Origin: the human T2T-CHM13v2.0 reference genome, Homo sapiens
Strand: one strand, 5' to 3'
DNA: 64,000 nt
NCBI RefSeq assembly: GCF_009914755.1
Contig: NC_060940.1
Shown here: positions 26,476-50,268 of the stretch, piece by piece
How positions within the stretch are numbered: position 1 is the first letter of the stretch
Layout of the letters: every line of letters begins with the position of its first letter
Made by a program: the position numbers and the translations under genes
Notes under the pieces: model-generated
Databases searched by the model: none
Seen by the model: the letters and a program-made list of their open reading frames with translations, nothing else
Told to the model about the DNA's origin: nothing

Positions 26476-27753
26476 TGTTTCAGGATCTTTGGGGTGTCAG
26501 TTTAGGGTGTTGATTTTGGCTTTGGTGGTCAGGTTTCCAGAAAGAATGAGGTACACAGACAAGTGAAGAGTGAACAAGATGAACTTTATTAAGTATTATA
26601 ACAGCTCAGAGGAGACCCGCAGTGTATACAGCTCCTCTCTGTAGGTAGATCATCTGTGGAGTGTTCAGTTCTCAGCAGGGAGGAGGCCCTGGAGAGGGTA
26701 GCTCCTCTCTGCAAGTGGTTGTCTCAGTGCAGTTCTCAGCAGAGAGAGGACCCTGGAAAGAGTGGCTCCTCTCTGCTGGCAGGTCATCTCTGCAGCTCTC
26801 AGCAGAGAAAGTAGCTCCTCTCTGCAGCAGGCCCTAGAGAGAGCGGCTACTCTCTGACGGCAGGTCTGCTCTACAGCTCTCAGCAGATAGGGTACTCCTC
26901 TCCTTTCTCTTCCTCTGCTGGCCCTTCTCTGCCCTGCTCTTGGCTGAGCCCAGGGCTTTTATGGACCTCAGAGGGTAGGAAGTGCATGCTGATTGGTCCA
27001 TGGTTGGCCATGGGCGGGCCCAGAAGAGGCACGCAGAGTCCCCACTCTGGTCAGCTGGACTGGCAGCCCAGCCCCCAACCTTCAGGCCCTCCCTAGTCTG
27101 AAGATGGGGCCTTACCTGGGATCCACCCCCTTCCACCCAGGCCTGCCGCTGCTATTCAGGGCTCCAACCCAACCCAACCCAACTCCCTGATCAGAGCAGG
27201 TGCCGAAAAGGAAAGGGACCAGGCAGTGGAAGCAGACAGCCCAAACCTGCAGAGAAGCGGATAGGGGGCCTTCCCAGCCCGAGGGTGCAGGCTGCAGAGA
27301 CTCCCCGGTCCTGCAGCTGGGACGGTGGCCGCAGCTACACCCTGGGAGCTCCCGCCCACCAACGTGGAAGTGGGGGGGATTCCTGCTTTTCCCCGGCTCC
27401 TGCCTGCTCTGTGGAGTGGGAGGCACAGGTCTGCAGCCGAGGGTCAGGCATTGCAGCTGCACAGAGGAGGGTAGACCCTGCATGCTCCTGGCCCCCTCCA
27501 AGAGCACAGGGAGGCTCGGATCCACAGCCATAGTTTGGGTGGCTGTAGCCCCACCCAGGAGTGTGGGATTCCTGCCTGCTCAGTAGAGCAGGAGGCCTGG
27601 GTCTGCAGCCTCCCTATGGGTGCCTGCAGCCGCACCCAGCGAGCTCCCACTACACCTTAGAAGGGGTGGGGCTCCCACAGGCTCCATGGAGTGTGCAGCC
27701 CCAGCTATGCCTTCCTGCTGCAGCCAGCGTGATGGCAGCAGCTACTGCCATCA
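26476..27753 (-). mobile_element. MER52-family (ERV1) solo LTR inserted inside an AluJ
   Basis: TG...CA ends, 4-bp TSD ccag/ctag, repeated gtagctcctctctgc units, terminal gatggcagcagctactgccatca. Confidence 0.85.
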
Positions 27754-28137
27754 CTAGCACTTTGGGAGGCCAAAGCAAGTGAATCACTTGAGCCCAAGAG
27801 TTGGAGACCAGCCTGGGCAAAATGGCGAAACCCTGTCTGTACAAAAAAAAAAAAAAGCCAAGTGTGGTGGTGTACCCCTGTAATCCCAGCTACTTGAGAG
27901 ACTGAGGTGGGAGGATCACCTGAGGCTGAAGTCAAGGCTGCAATATGCCTTGATTACACCACTGCACTCCAGCCTGGGCAACAGAGTGATATCCTGTCTC
28001 AAAAAAAAAAAAAAAAGAAGAAAGAAAAAAATAGAAAAATACAAGTTAAAACCACGAGATACCAGTACACACCAAAACCAAAACCGTCTCCCAAGAAATC
28101 CCCCAAAACAAAAAAGGTAAAAGAGTGACAACACCTT

Positions 28138-28487
<350 letters not shown>

Positions 28488-28539
28488 CTAGAACTCTCAT
28501 ACATTGCTGGTGAAAGTGCAAAATGGTACAAACCCTTTG

Positions 28540-28850
28540 GATAATGGCTTCCTCTTCATTTAAATCCTCTTCATTTAAATAGGGCGGGCACAGAGTAAAT
28601 GACTTTGTAACTTCATCTTCTTCATTTACATAGTAACCAATGGAAACCTGTAGAGGGTATTTAAACCTCAGAAAACTCTGTAACTGGGCCCTTGAGCCGC
28701 TTGCTCGGGCCGCTCCCACCCTGTGGAGTGTGCTTTTATTTTCAATAAGTCTCTGCTTTTGTTGCTTTATTATTTCCTTGCTTTGTTTATATGTTTTGTC
28801 CAATTCTTTCTTCAAAACGCCAAGAACCTGGACACCCTCAACTGGTAACA
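28540..28850 (+). mobile_element. MER61-like LTR
   Basis: cctcttcattta repeats, gtaaccaatggaaacct, ends acgccaagaacctggacaccctcaactggtaaca. Confidence 0.75.
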
Positions 28851-29809
28851 CAGGTGCTTATAGAAGTTGATATCTTATGGCTGGGTGCTGTGGCTCACAT
28901 CTGGAATCCCAAAGCACTTCGGGAGGTCAAGGCAAGAGGATTGCTCAAGGTTAGGAGTTTGAGATTAGCTTGGGCAACATAGTGAGACTCCGATCTCTTT
29001 AAAAAAAGTTTATTGTTTAAACAGCAAATACAAGTGTTTCTAACATAACTGCTTGAAACTGGAAATAATCCACATGTCCTTTAACAGATGAATGAATAAG
29101 CGAACTGTGGCACAACCATAAAATAGAATACTGCTCAACAATAAAAACAACCTGCTGACACACACAGCGTGAGTGAATCGGAAATGCATTATGAAAGTAA
29201 AAACGTGCTGTTTTTCTTTACTGAAAGCCAGTCTCAAAGGGTTAAATACTGCATAATTCCATTTATATGTTATTCTGGAAAGGCAACAGTATAGGGATGA
29301 AGGGCGGATCAGTGTTTGGCAGTGGTTAGGTGGCGGGGAGGGTTTGGCTACAAAGGGGCAGCCTGAGGGAATTTGGGGGGTGATGGACCTTTCCACATCT
29401 CGATTGCTATTGTGCTGACATGAATCTGTGCCTGCTTTGGAATGTATAGAACTGTATACCAAAGGAGTCAATTTTTTTTTTTTTTTGAGACAGAGTCTCA
29501 CTCTGTCACCCAGGCTGGAGTGCAATGGTGCGATCTCGGCTCACTGCAACCTCTGCCTCTGGGTTCAAGTGATTCTCCTGCCTCAGCCTCCTGAGTAGCT
29601 GGGATTACAGGCACCTGCTAACATGCCCAGCTAATTTTTGTAATTTTTTAGTAGAGACGGGGTTTCACCATGTTGGTCTTGAACTCCTGGTCTGGTCTTG
29701 AACTCCTGACCTCAGGTATCTTCCCGCCTTGGCCTCCCAAAGTGCTGGGATTACAGACATGAGCCACTGCACCTGGCCTATATGTCTTTTTTAAAAAAAC
29801 CAACAATTG

Positions 29810-31030
29810 GTGTGTGACATAATTAATAAGGAACAAATATTTGGTCTCTGCCCACCTTTCCTGGCACACTGCTCCTGAAACCCTTGGAATCTCTAAAGTG
29901 AGAAGGGCCTTTGTATGCTAATGAGATGACTGGTGGCCTGAAGTTCCTGGAGAGCCTCAACATTGGGGCTGGTGTTCAGGGAACCAACCATGTGATTAGG
30001 GTGTGGGAACTTTCAGCATCCCCATCTCTGTAGAGGGGAGGGGGATGAAAGTTGACCACCAATGGCCAGTGATTTAATCAATCATGCCTATGCAATGAAG
30101 CCTCCATAAATACCCCAAAGGACTTTAACAGATGAATGGTTAAACTGACTATGGCACAACCATACTATAGAATACTGCTCAACAATAAAACAACAACAAC
30201 TACTGACACAGCATGAGTGAATCCAAAGTGCATTATGAAAGTAAAAACATACTGTTTTTATGTATGGACAGAAGCCAGTCTCAAAGGGTAAAACAGGGTT
30301 TAGAGAGTTCCTTGTCAGTGAACACATCCAAGTTCTGGGAAGGTGGTGCATAGCAACTCCACCGGGACAGAAGCTCCTGCGCCCCGGACCCTTCTGGACC
30401 TCGTCCCCTGTACCTCTTCAGCTGGCTGGTCCTCTGTGTCCTTTGTCATATCCTTTATAATAAACCAGTAAACATTACATACGTGTGTCAACTGGGGTTA
30501 CTGGCTCACACCTGTAATCCCAGCACTTTGGGAGGCACAGGTGGGTGCATCACTTGAGGCCAGGAGTTCGAGACCAGCCTGGGCAACAAAGTGAGATGCC
30601 ATGTCTACAAAAAAATTAGCTGGGTATGGTAACAGGCACCTGTAGTCCCAGCTACTCGGGAGGCTGAGTTGGGAAGATCGCTTGAGCCCAGGAGGCTGCA
30701 GTGAGCTATGATCATGTCATCATAGCAAATGATAAAACTCGAGGAGGGGTTGTTGCGAATCTCTGATTTGTAGCCAAATTGGACAGAAGTGTGGGTAACT
30801 GGGAACTGATGTTGTAAGTGAGGGCAGTCTTGTGGGACTGAGCCCTTACCCCATGGGATCTGCTAAGTGCAGGTAGTTGGGGTCATAATTGTATCCTCGG
30901 TCACCTGTGTCCAGAGAGTTGGGCAACTGGTTGGGATGGGAAAACCAGCACACAACTGGTATTGGAATTGAAATTCTGGAAGTGTTGGGAATGGTAGTAG
31001 AATAGAGAGGAAACACGAGTTTGTTTTTTC
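29810..31030 (+). mobile_element. MER21C-like LTR interrupted by a duplicated L1 segment (30123-30292) and an Alu (~30490-30720)
   Basis: tatgctaatgagatgactggtggc, accaatggccagtgatttaatcaatcatgcc, gggcagtcttgtgggactgagccc motifs. Confidence 0.8.
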
Positions 31031-31039
31031 TTTTAGATG

Positions 31040-31132
31040 TATAGGAAATTGGCCTTAAAACATGTGGCAATTTCAAAAAGGCAGAACAGACCCCTACCCT
31101 AAATTTGTTTTGGATATCATGACTGATGACAT

Positions 31133-31175
<43 letters not shown>

Positions 31176-31400
31176 ACACCCCAAGAGGGTATGAACATTT
31201 TATTGCTCACATAGTAAGTGTTTCTGGAGAGAGCAGGGCAGGCTTCCCAAGATGGTCTGCAAATGACCTGAGAGATCAGAGGCAGGAGGCGGGGCTTGGG
31301 GTTTTTCTAATGGTTATGGAGTGGGGCCAGGGTGTCTCCCTGTGGTGTTTGAACCAAGGGAGGGAGGACCTGCTTTCTTAGCTTGCTCAGATGTGGGGTA
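31040..31400. mobile_element. Old LTR fragment (family uncertain) containing a (GC)(CA)n tract ~31134-31180
   Basis: LTR-like ccaagagggtatgaa...tttattgctcacata motif; alternating purine-pyrimidine tract. Confidence 0.45.
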
Positions 31401-31710
31401 AGAGGGGAAAACCTTAAAAGATAGCAGCAGCCAAACACAGAAAGTGAAGTCAGACTCTTTCTTACAAAACAAAACAAGCAACATAAAAATATCACAAATC
31501 TGCATGACCCTGGCTTCAATTCAGGACCTATGTGGAAGAAAGGAATGCATTTCCAGACTAGAAAGTTAGAGTAGACATTAGAAGACTGTTTTGATTCAAA
31601 GGATTGTAAACAATGAACATTATTCATACTTTTTGCCTTTTAACAAATAATACACAAATATTATAAATTATAGTATTGTTGTAAATAATTCAAATAGTAC
31701 AAAATTTTTA

Positions 31711-31851
<141 letters not shown>

Positions 31852-32214
31852 TTAGCTAGGTGTGGTGGTGCATGCCTGTAGTCCCAGCTACTTGGGAGGG
31901 GAGAATCACCTGAGTCTGGGAAGTCAAGGATGTGGTGAGCTGAGATTGCACAACTATACTCCAACCTCAATGACAGAACGAGACCTTGTCTCAAATAAAT
32001 AAATAAATAATCCTAAAAGTGGAAGTTCCCTCTTCCCCACTCCCTGGCCTCTGCCTCCAGCTTCTTATCATATTGTGACTAATTCCTGAGATAACTACTT
32101 TCAGCAGTTTGGTGTGTATCCTTCTGACCTTTCTCCATGTACACAAGAATGCTTGTGCACACAAATATAATTTAGTCTGTTAAAGGCATTATATTCTTTA
32201 TATTATACCTATAT

Positions 32215-32890
32215 TGTCTTAGTCTGTTTGGGTTGCTATAACAAGATACTTTAGACTGGGTAATTTATTTTTTATTTTTATTTTTCTTGAGACGGAGTCT
32301 TGCTCTGCCACCCAGGCTGGAGTGCAGTGGCCCGATCTCGGCTCACTGCAACCTCACCTCCCGGGTTCAAGAGATTCTCCTGCCTCAGCCTCCCGAGTAG
32401 CTGGGACTACAGGTGTGCACTACCATGCCTGGCTAATTTTGTGTGTGTGTGTTTTTAGTAGAGATGGGGTTTCGCCACGTTGGCCAGGCTGGTCTTGAAC
32501 TCCTGACCTCAGATGATCCACCTGCCTCGGTCTCCCAAAAAGCTGGGATTGCAGGCATGAGCCACCATGCCCAGTCATAGACTGGATAATTTATAAACAA
32601 TAGAAATGTAATCTCAGCCCTAGAGGCTCGGAAGTCCAAGGTCAAGGTGCTGGCAGATTTGGTGTCTGGTGAGGGCTAGTTTCTCCTAGATGGTGGCTTT
32701 TATGTGTTCTCACATAATGGAAGCAACAAACAGTTCTCAAACCTCTTTTATAAAAGGGCATGAATCCCATTAATGAGAGCAGAGCCTTTATGACCTCATC
32801 ACCTCCCAAAGGCCCCACCTCCTAATACTATTGCATTGGTGATTAGGTTTCAACATATGAGTTTGGGTGGGACACAGACATTCAGGCGAT
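32215..32890 (-). mobile_element. MaLR LTR (MLT1A/MST-type) split by Alu (-) 32265-32575
   Basis: tgtcttagtctgtttggg...; Alu TSD tagactggRtaattta. Confidence 0.85.
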
Positions 32891-33129
32891 TGCGTGTGTT
32901 TTGCCATATGCACCTCCACTATTAAAGTATTTTGAAAGGCTTTTAAAAGTTCACTAGCTGGGTTTGATGCATGTTGTTTGCATGAAACATCCTCTGGATT
33001 CCATAAGCTCCAGAATGTGACCCGCATGAGTCTGGTGATTCTGGATGTTGGTTGCAAGTCTGAAGTTGAATTATTGTGGCAATATAGCCAACTCGATACA
33101 CTAAAGAGATTATTTAAAAATAGGCTTAG

Positions 33130-34250
<1,121 letters not shown>

Positions 34251-34252
34251 TG

Positions 34253-36107
34253 GCCCTCTCCTTCTCCCTCTCCCCATGGTCTCCCTCTCCCCATGGTCTC
34301 CCTCTCATGCCGAGCCGAAGCTGGACTATACTGCTGCCATCTCGGCTCACTGCAACCTCCCTGCCTGATTCTCCTGCCTCAGCCTGTGGAGTGCCTGCAA
34401 TTGCAGGCGCGCGCCGCCACGCCTGACTGGTTTTCGTATTTTTTTGGTGGAGACGGGGTTTCGCTGTGTTGGCCGGGCTGGTCTCCAGCTCCTAACTGCG
34501 AGTGATCCGCCAGCCTCGGCCTCCCGAGGTGCCGGGATTGCAGACGGAGTCTGGTTCACTCAGTGCTCAATGGCGCCCAGGCTGGAGTGCAGTGGCGTGA
34601 TCTCGGCTCGCTACAACCTCCACCTCCCAGCCGCCTGCCTTGGCCTCCCAAAGTGCCGAGATTGCAGCCTCTGCCCGGCCGCCACCCCGTCTGGGAAGTG
34701 AGGAGCGTCTCTGCCTGGCCGCCCATCGTCTGGGATGTGAGGAGCCCCTCTGCCTGGCTGCCCAGTCTGGAAAGTGAGGAGCGTCTCTGCCCGGCCGCCA
34801 TCCCATCTGGGAAGTGAGGAGCGCCTCTTCCCGGCCGCCATCACATCTAGGAAGTGAGGAGCGTCTCTGCCCGGCCACCCATCGTCTGGGATGTGGGGAG
34901 CGCCTCTGCCCCGCCGCCCCGTCTGGGATGTGAGGAGCGCCTCTGCCCAGCCGCCACCCCGTCTGGGAGGTGAGGAGCGTCTCTGCCCGGCTGCCCCGTC
35001 TGAGAAGTGAGGAGACCCTCGCCCGGCAGCCGCCCCGTCTGAGAAGTGAGGAGCCTCTCTGCCCGGCAGCCACCCCGTCTGGGAAGTGAGGAGCATCTCT
35101 GCCCGGCAGCCACCCCGTCCGGGAGGGAGGTGGGGGGGGTCAGCCCCCCGCCTGGCCAGCCGCCCTGTCCGGGAGGTGAGGGGCGCCTCTGCCCGGCTGC
35201 CCCTACTGGGAAGTGAGGAGCCCCTCTGCCCAGCCAGCCGCCCCGTCCGGGAGGGAGGTGGGGGGGTCAGCCCCCCGCCTGGCCAGCCGCCCAGTCCGGG
35301 AGGGAGGTGGGGGGGTCAGCCCCCCGCCCCGCCAGCCGCCCCATCCGGGAGGTGAGGGGCGCCTCTTCCCGGCCGCCCATACTGGGAAGTGAGGAGCCCC
35401 TCTGCCCGGCCAGCTGCCCCGTCCGGGAGGGAGGTGGGGGGGTCGGCCAGCCGCCCCGTCCGGGAGGGAGGTGGGGGGGTCAGCCCCCCACCCGGCCAGC
35501 CACCCCGTCCGGGAGGTGAGGGGTGCCTCTGCCTGGCCGCCCCTACTGGGAAGTGAGGAGCCCCTCTGCCCGGCCACCACCCCGTCTGGGAGGTGTGCCC
35601 AACAGCTCATTGAGAATGGGCCAGGATGACAATGGCGGCTTTGTGGAATAGAAAGGGGGGAAAGGTGGGGAAAAGATTGAGAAATCGGATGGTTACCGTG
35701 TCTGTGTAGAAAGAAGTAGACATGGGAGACTTTTCATTTTGTTCTGTACTAAGAAAAATTTTTCTGCCTTGGGAGCCTGTTGATCTTGTGACCTTACCCC
35801 CAACCCTGTGCTCTCTGAAACATGTGCTGTGTCCACTCAGAGTTAAATGGATTAAGGGCGGTGCAAGATGTGCTTTGTTAAACAGATGCTTGAAGGCAGC
35901 ATGCTCATTAAGAGTCATCACCACTCCCTAATCTCAAGTACCCAGGGACACAAACTGGGAAGGCCACAGGGTCCTCTGCCTAGGAAAACCAGAGACCTTT
36001 GTTCACTTGTTTATCTGCTGACCTTCCCTCCACTATTGTCCTATGACCCTGCCAAATCCCCCTCTGTGAGAAACACCCAAGAATGATCAATAAAAAATAA
36101 TAATAAT
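34253..36107 (+). mobile_element. Full-length SVA retrotransposon (subfamily not resolved)
   Basis: Short CCCTCT hexamer head, antisense Alu-like region, GC-rich VNTR (~34670-35590), SINE-R (~35590-36090), AATAAA and A-rich tail; TSD aataaatg 34245-34252 / 36108-36115. Confidence 0.98.
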
Positions 36108-36434
36108 AATAAATGCTTTGTTTTTTTTCTTTAAAAAAGTTTGCCCTGTCTTATGGTGCTGAAAACATAATGTTTTTAAGCAAGAACACCAGAACATAGA
36201 CCCTGGATGAGTGCTGGCTTCCAGACTGGTCATCTGGGTGGTGTGGGAGTGTGGGGGGTGGGGGAATGTGCATTTGTTTCAGTGGTGCTGATGCTGTTTT
36301 TACTTAAAAAGGTATTTGTGTACTGTTTCAAAATGTCCTCAAGAGGCAGTTATCCATGAAAATCAGACTTCAGACTCAGGTTTTTAAAAAAATCCAAAAT
36401 AGTATTGATTGGCTCAATTATACTTATTTCAGAC

Positions 36435-39110
<2,676 letters not shown>

Positions 39111-39524
39111 TTAAAATAAAATTTAAATAAAGTGATAGGCTCTCAAGAATCTAAAATTGGCACTTTCAGATTGTTTTATAAAAGAACGTTGTTAGCATTA
39201 AGTGATTGTCCTAAAATGATTGCTGTGGTTAAGTAAGAGAAGAAGATAATTAGTAATTGGTATGTTTAAGTTCTTGTTTGTTGATGTGCATTTGTGTTGC
39301 ATTGCTTTGTAGGCACACCTTGTGCTTCCATAGAATTGTCGGCCTCTGCAACAGGAAAGAGCAGCTCTGGGGAAGTCGCTGGTGCTGACAACCTTTGCTC
39401 ACACCCCTACTGGGTCCCCGTCTGCATCCTCCAACACCCTCATCCTGCTTCCTTTACATAGAGTTCATTCTCAAGGAATCTTTTGGCCTGATAGTGAGGC
39501 CTCCTGCAAGGAGAAGGAAAGTCA

Positions 39525-39893
39525 GTGTCTGAATCTGTTTGGGCGGCTATAACAAACACCACAGACCAGGTAATGTATAAAGAACAGAAGTTTATTTCTT
39601 ACAGTTCTGGAGGCTGGGAAGTCCAAAGCACTGGCATGTGGTGTCTGTTGAAGGCCTTCTTGCTGCATCCTCCCTCATGTGGTAAAAGAGATTGGAAGGC
39701 AAAGAAAACGGCACAGATGCTATGCTCTTACATAGTTTCAGGGCAGAAGAGAGTGAACACCTGCTCTCACCCTTTTATAGGAACCCTAATCCATCCCTGA
39801 GGGCTTCATCCTCATGACTTAGTCACCTCCTGAGGCCCCACCTCTCAATACCATCACATTGGCCAGTAAGTCTCAACACATGAATTCTGGCGG
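39525..39893 (-). mobile_element. MaLR LTR (MST/MLT1A-type)
   Basis: tttatttcttacagttctggaggctgggaagtccaa; aggccccacctctcaatacc. Confidence 0.8.
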
Positions 39894-39941
39894 ACAAAAG
39901 TAATTGGCAAAAATCACAATTACTTTTGTACCAAACTAATA
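39894..39941. mobile_element. MADE1 (Hsmar1 MITE) deletion derivative
   Basis: caaaagtaattg...ggcaaaaatcacaattacttttgtaccaaactaa followed by TA. Confidence 0.75.
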
Positions 39942-39956
39942 TCTATCTATATTTAG

Positions 39957-44812
<4,856 letters not shown>

Positions 44813-44819
44813 TCAGCTA

Positions 44820-45350
44820 ATTCATATAGGTCTGAGGTTTGGGCACAGTGTAGCTGGGGTGTTTGCTCAGGGTCTCACCTTGCCATCAAGGTGTCAGCCA
44901 GCAGCCTTCATCTGGAGGTTCCACTAGGGGAAGATCCACTCCTGGTTTCCCTCAGGTTGTCAGAACTAATATCCTTGCAACTGTAGGACTAAGGCCCCAG
45001 TGGTTTTGATAGCTGTTGACTAGGGACCACTCCCAGCTCCTAGAGATCATTCTGTTATATTTGCAATGTGGCCTCTTCTCACACTTTAAATCTCTGACTT
45101 CCAAAAGGACTCAGGCCTTTTAAGGGCTCAACTGATTAGGTCAGATCCACCTAAGATAGTTTTTTAAAATTAACTCAAAGTCAACTGATCAGGGACCCTA
45201 ATCATATCTGCAAAATCCCTCTTTTTGTATAAAGAAACATAATCATTATTGTGATATCTCATTATATTTGTAAGCCCACTCACACTCAGGCTGTGTACAA
45301 CAGTGGGTGGGAATTTGGGGGCCATCTTAGCATCTGCCTTCTGCAATATA
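44820..45350 (-). mobile_element. MLT1-type LTR
   Basis: ctgtaggactaaggcccc, tgattaggtcagatccacc, taatcatatctgcaaaatccc, gggggccatcttag. Confidence 0.75.
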
Positions 45351-45789
45351 GCATGGCACAGTGGAGTGGCTAATAGAAAGGGCCCTGGGGGAGGCTGCAG
45401 GAGTTCAGGGCTGAGCATGATTTACGAGCCATGTGACCTAACCTCTTCATGTCTTGGTTCCTCCATTTGTGAAATGAGGGAGTGATAGGTACCTACCTTG
45501 TAGAATTACTAAGTCAATGCAGGTAAATCCCTTGAAAAAATTTCTGATGCTTAATAAGTGTTGACTCTTATTAATACAGTTTACCTAAGCATTTGTAAGA
45601 GTTATATATTCTGAGATGTTATTACTTTATCAAAGACTTAAAAGCAAGAAGTACAAACATAGTAGAATAAAGCTGGACACATTGGCTCACACCTGTAATC
45701 CCAGCATTCTGGGAAGCCGAGGCAAGAGGATAGCTTGAGCCCAGGATTTCAAGACCAGCCTGGGCAATACAGTGAGACCTCATCTCTTT

Positions 45790-46905
<1,116 letters not shown>

Positions 46906-47242
46906 AGACCTCATCGCTTTAAAACAAATTATTATTTAAAAAAATAGCAGAATGACATGTAACAACTCTGAGAAGCCATGGAAGAAATGCTAATTAGAGG
47001 AAATATCAAATAGTCTGTGAGACTCAAGTGGAACACCAAAATGACATAGAGTGAGAACATTGAAGGAGAAGAATGACTAGAAAAGGAGAGAGTAAAATGT
47101 TCTAGGACTAATCAGATGCAAATAATCCACCCACCATTGCTGACCTAGAAACAAGATACATACATCCCAAATTGTCTGTATAAATACGTTCTTCTTGTTC
47201 AAAAAAGAAATCTTTCTATATATTTAAGTGTTTCAATGATCA

Positions 47243-47651
47243 TCTTAGTCTATTTTCTATTTTAGAATACCCAAAACTGGGAAATCTAGGAAGAAAAGGA
47301 ATATTTTTCTTATAGTTATGGAGGCTGAGAAGTCCAAGGCCAAGGGGCTCCATCTGGTGAGGGCCTTCTTGCTAGTGAGGACTCTCTGCAGAGTCCCAAG
47401 GTGGCGCAGGGCATCACAGGGTGTGGGGCTGAGTGTGCTTGCTCAGTTCTGTCTTCCTCTTCTTATAACGACACCAGTTCCCATGATAACCCATTCATCC
47501 ATTAATCCAGTAATGGGTTAATCCACTCACACAAGCAGGGCCCTCATGACCCAATCACCTCTTAAAGGCCTCCCCTCTCAGTACTGCCAAATTATTGGAG
47601 ATTATATTTCAACATGAGTTTTGGAGGGAACAAATATTCAAACCATAGCAA
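47243..47651 (-). mobile_element. MaLR LTR (MST-type)
   Basis: ggaggctgagaagtccaagg, catctggtgagggcctt, caaaccatagca. Confidence 0.82.
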
Positions 47652-48117
47652 TGACTGGGAGAGTTTTCTTATTTCTTATTTATTTATTTATTGTTATTGT
47701 TGAGACAGGGTCTCACTCTATTGCCCAGGCTGGAGTGCAGTGGCACAATCACGGTTCATGGCAACCTCTATATTCCAGGCTCATGTGATCCTCCCACCTC
47801 AGCCTCCTGAGCAGCTGGGACTACAGGCAAATGCCACCATGCTGGTCTAACTCTTATGTGTTTTTTGTAGACATGGGGTTTCCCTATGTTTCCCAGGCTG
47901 GTCTCAAACTCCTGGGCTAAAGTGATCCTCCTGCCTTTGCCTCCCAAAGTGCTGGGGTTACAGATGTGAGCCATCATGCCCAGCTGGGACATAGGTTTGA
48001 GAAAACTTAATCTTCCAAAGCCTACATTTAGCCATTGACAATATACACTGTCCTCTTGGGAATTCGATTCTTGCTCTCCCTGTGGGTGCTTTTTATTTTG
48101 TTTACAATAAAATATAT

Positions 48118-48340
48118 CAGAGATCAGCAAACTACAGTCTGTGGGCCAAATCCAGCTTTCTGCCTGTTTTTGTAAATAAAGTTTTATTGGAACACGGCCG
48201 TGCCTATTCATTTAGTATTGTCTGTGGTTGCTTACACAGCGCAACAGCAGAGTTGAGTAGTTGTGACAGAGCCCAAAGGCTTGCAAAGCCTAAAATATTT
48301 ACTAGCTGGCCCTTTACAGAAAACAAATTACCAGACCCTG
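48118..48340. mobile_element. Complete MER58A hAT element with intact 8-bp TSD
   Basis: cag...ctg ends; aaatatat at 48110-48117 and 48341-48348; gtaaataaagttttattggaacac core. Confidence 0.92.
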
Positions 48341-48676
48341 AAATATATTAATAAGTAAAATGCACCATCATATTAGCAACTATACAGATCTGCCAGAACA
48401 GAGCGTATAAGCCACATGATACAGAATTCAGCCCGTCTGTTAGAATTGTGGCCAAGGGAAGGCAGGCAAGAGGCAGCTTTGCAGCCCAGCCACAAAGGGC
48501 GAAAAACACAGAGTAAAAAATGAATCCAATTCTTCCTATTGCTAATACGGAAAGCTGGAAGTGCTGGTTGAGACGTCTCGTTTTCAAATCAGACTTCCTT
48601 CTCAAAAGATCGAAGACTTTAGTTAGGGCTCTTTGGATGGTAAGGAGCAGAGATCCCCTTGAGCCTACTCGTGTAA

Positions 48677-49392
<716 letters not shown>

Positions 49393-49959
49393 TAGAGTGC
49401 TGGGCTTACAGGTGTGAACCACCGACCCCAGCCATGTTCAATTTCTTTTTGTTTTTCCCTTATCCTGGAACGATCCCCCTCCCTCGGGGTGGCCTAGGGG
49501 CTTGTCTTGAGCACAGAGCCTTTCCAGGACTTCCCTTGGCAGAGAACCCTGGAGTTGGCCTGTCCCTGGCCAGACCCAGGGTCTGGGATTGTTGGGCAGG
49601 TGTGAGACTGTCAGAAGGGCACAAGACTCCATTTATTTGCTAATGAAATGTCCCTGCTGCCAGAAGGAAGAGAGGTATATTTAGAAAAAATACAATAAAT
49701 TGAAGTGAGTATTCAGTGTGTTGCAGAAAGAATATTGTACTCCATCTTCAGGATTAGATTAAGTAGCTGTTGGTAACAAGGATTAGTGGGGAAGCTATAT
49801 AATCAAACACTGCTTTTCACTTTTGAAAGGATGCCCTGTCAAATGGTTTAGTGCTTTATGCCATTATGTCACATTGACATAATAAATCTCTATTTTTGAT
49901 AAAAATGGGATAGGATTTACAAGGTTTGAACTCTGGGATCCAAGACTAGAAAACACCAT

Positions 49960-50268
49960 ACTATGGTTGGAAACTTTGTGTCCTCCCCAAATTCACAGGT
50001 TGAATCTCTAACCCCCAAGATGATGTTGGGAGATGGGCCCTCTTGAGAGGTGATCAGTACTCTCATACAATTGGCCTGAGGGAGCTCATTCAAACACAGC
50101 AAAAAGTCATCATCAATGAATCAGAAACAGGCCCTTGCCAAACACCAGATCTGCTCATGCCTTATCTTGGACTTCCCAGCCTCCAGAAATATGAACAATA
50201 CATTTCTGTCATTTAGAAGACATCAGTTGATGGTATTTTGTTGTAGCAGCCAAAATGGACTAAGACAC
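49960..50268 (+). mobile_element. MaLR LTR (MLT1A/MST-type)
   Basis: atcttggacttcccagcctccagaa; agcagccaaaatggactaagaca end. Confidence 0.82.

Noticed and set aside
26834-27782. Cluster of GC-rich ORFs
   Set aside because: Lie within the MER52 LTR
34347-36086. Repetitive ORFs (LLTSQTG repeats) and repeat-spacer-like periodicity
   Set aside because: SVA VNTR and SINE-R; not CRISPR, not coding
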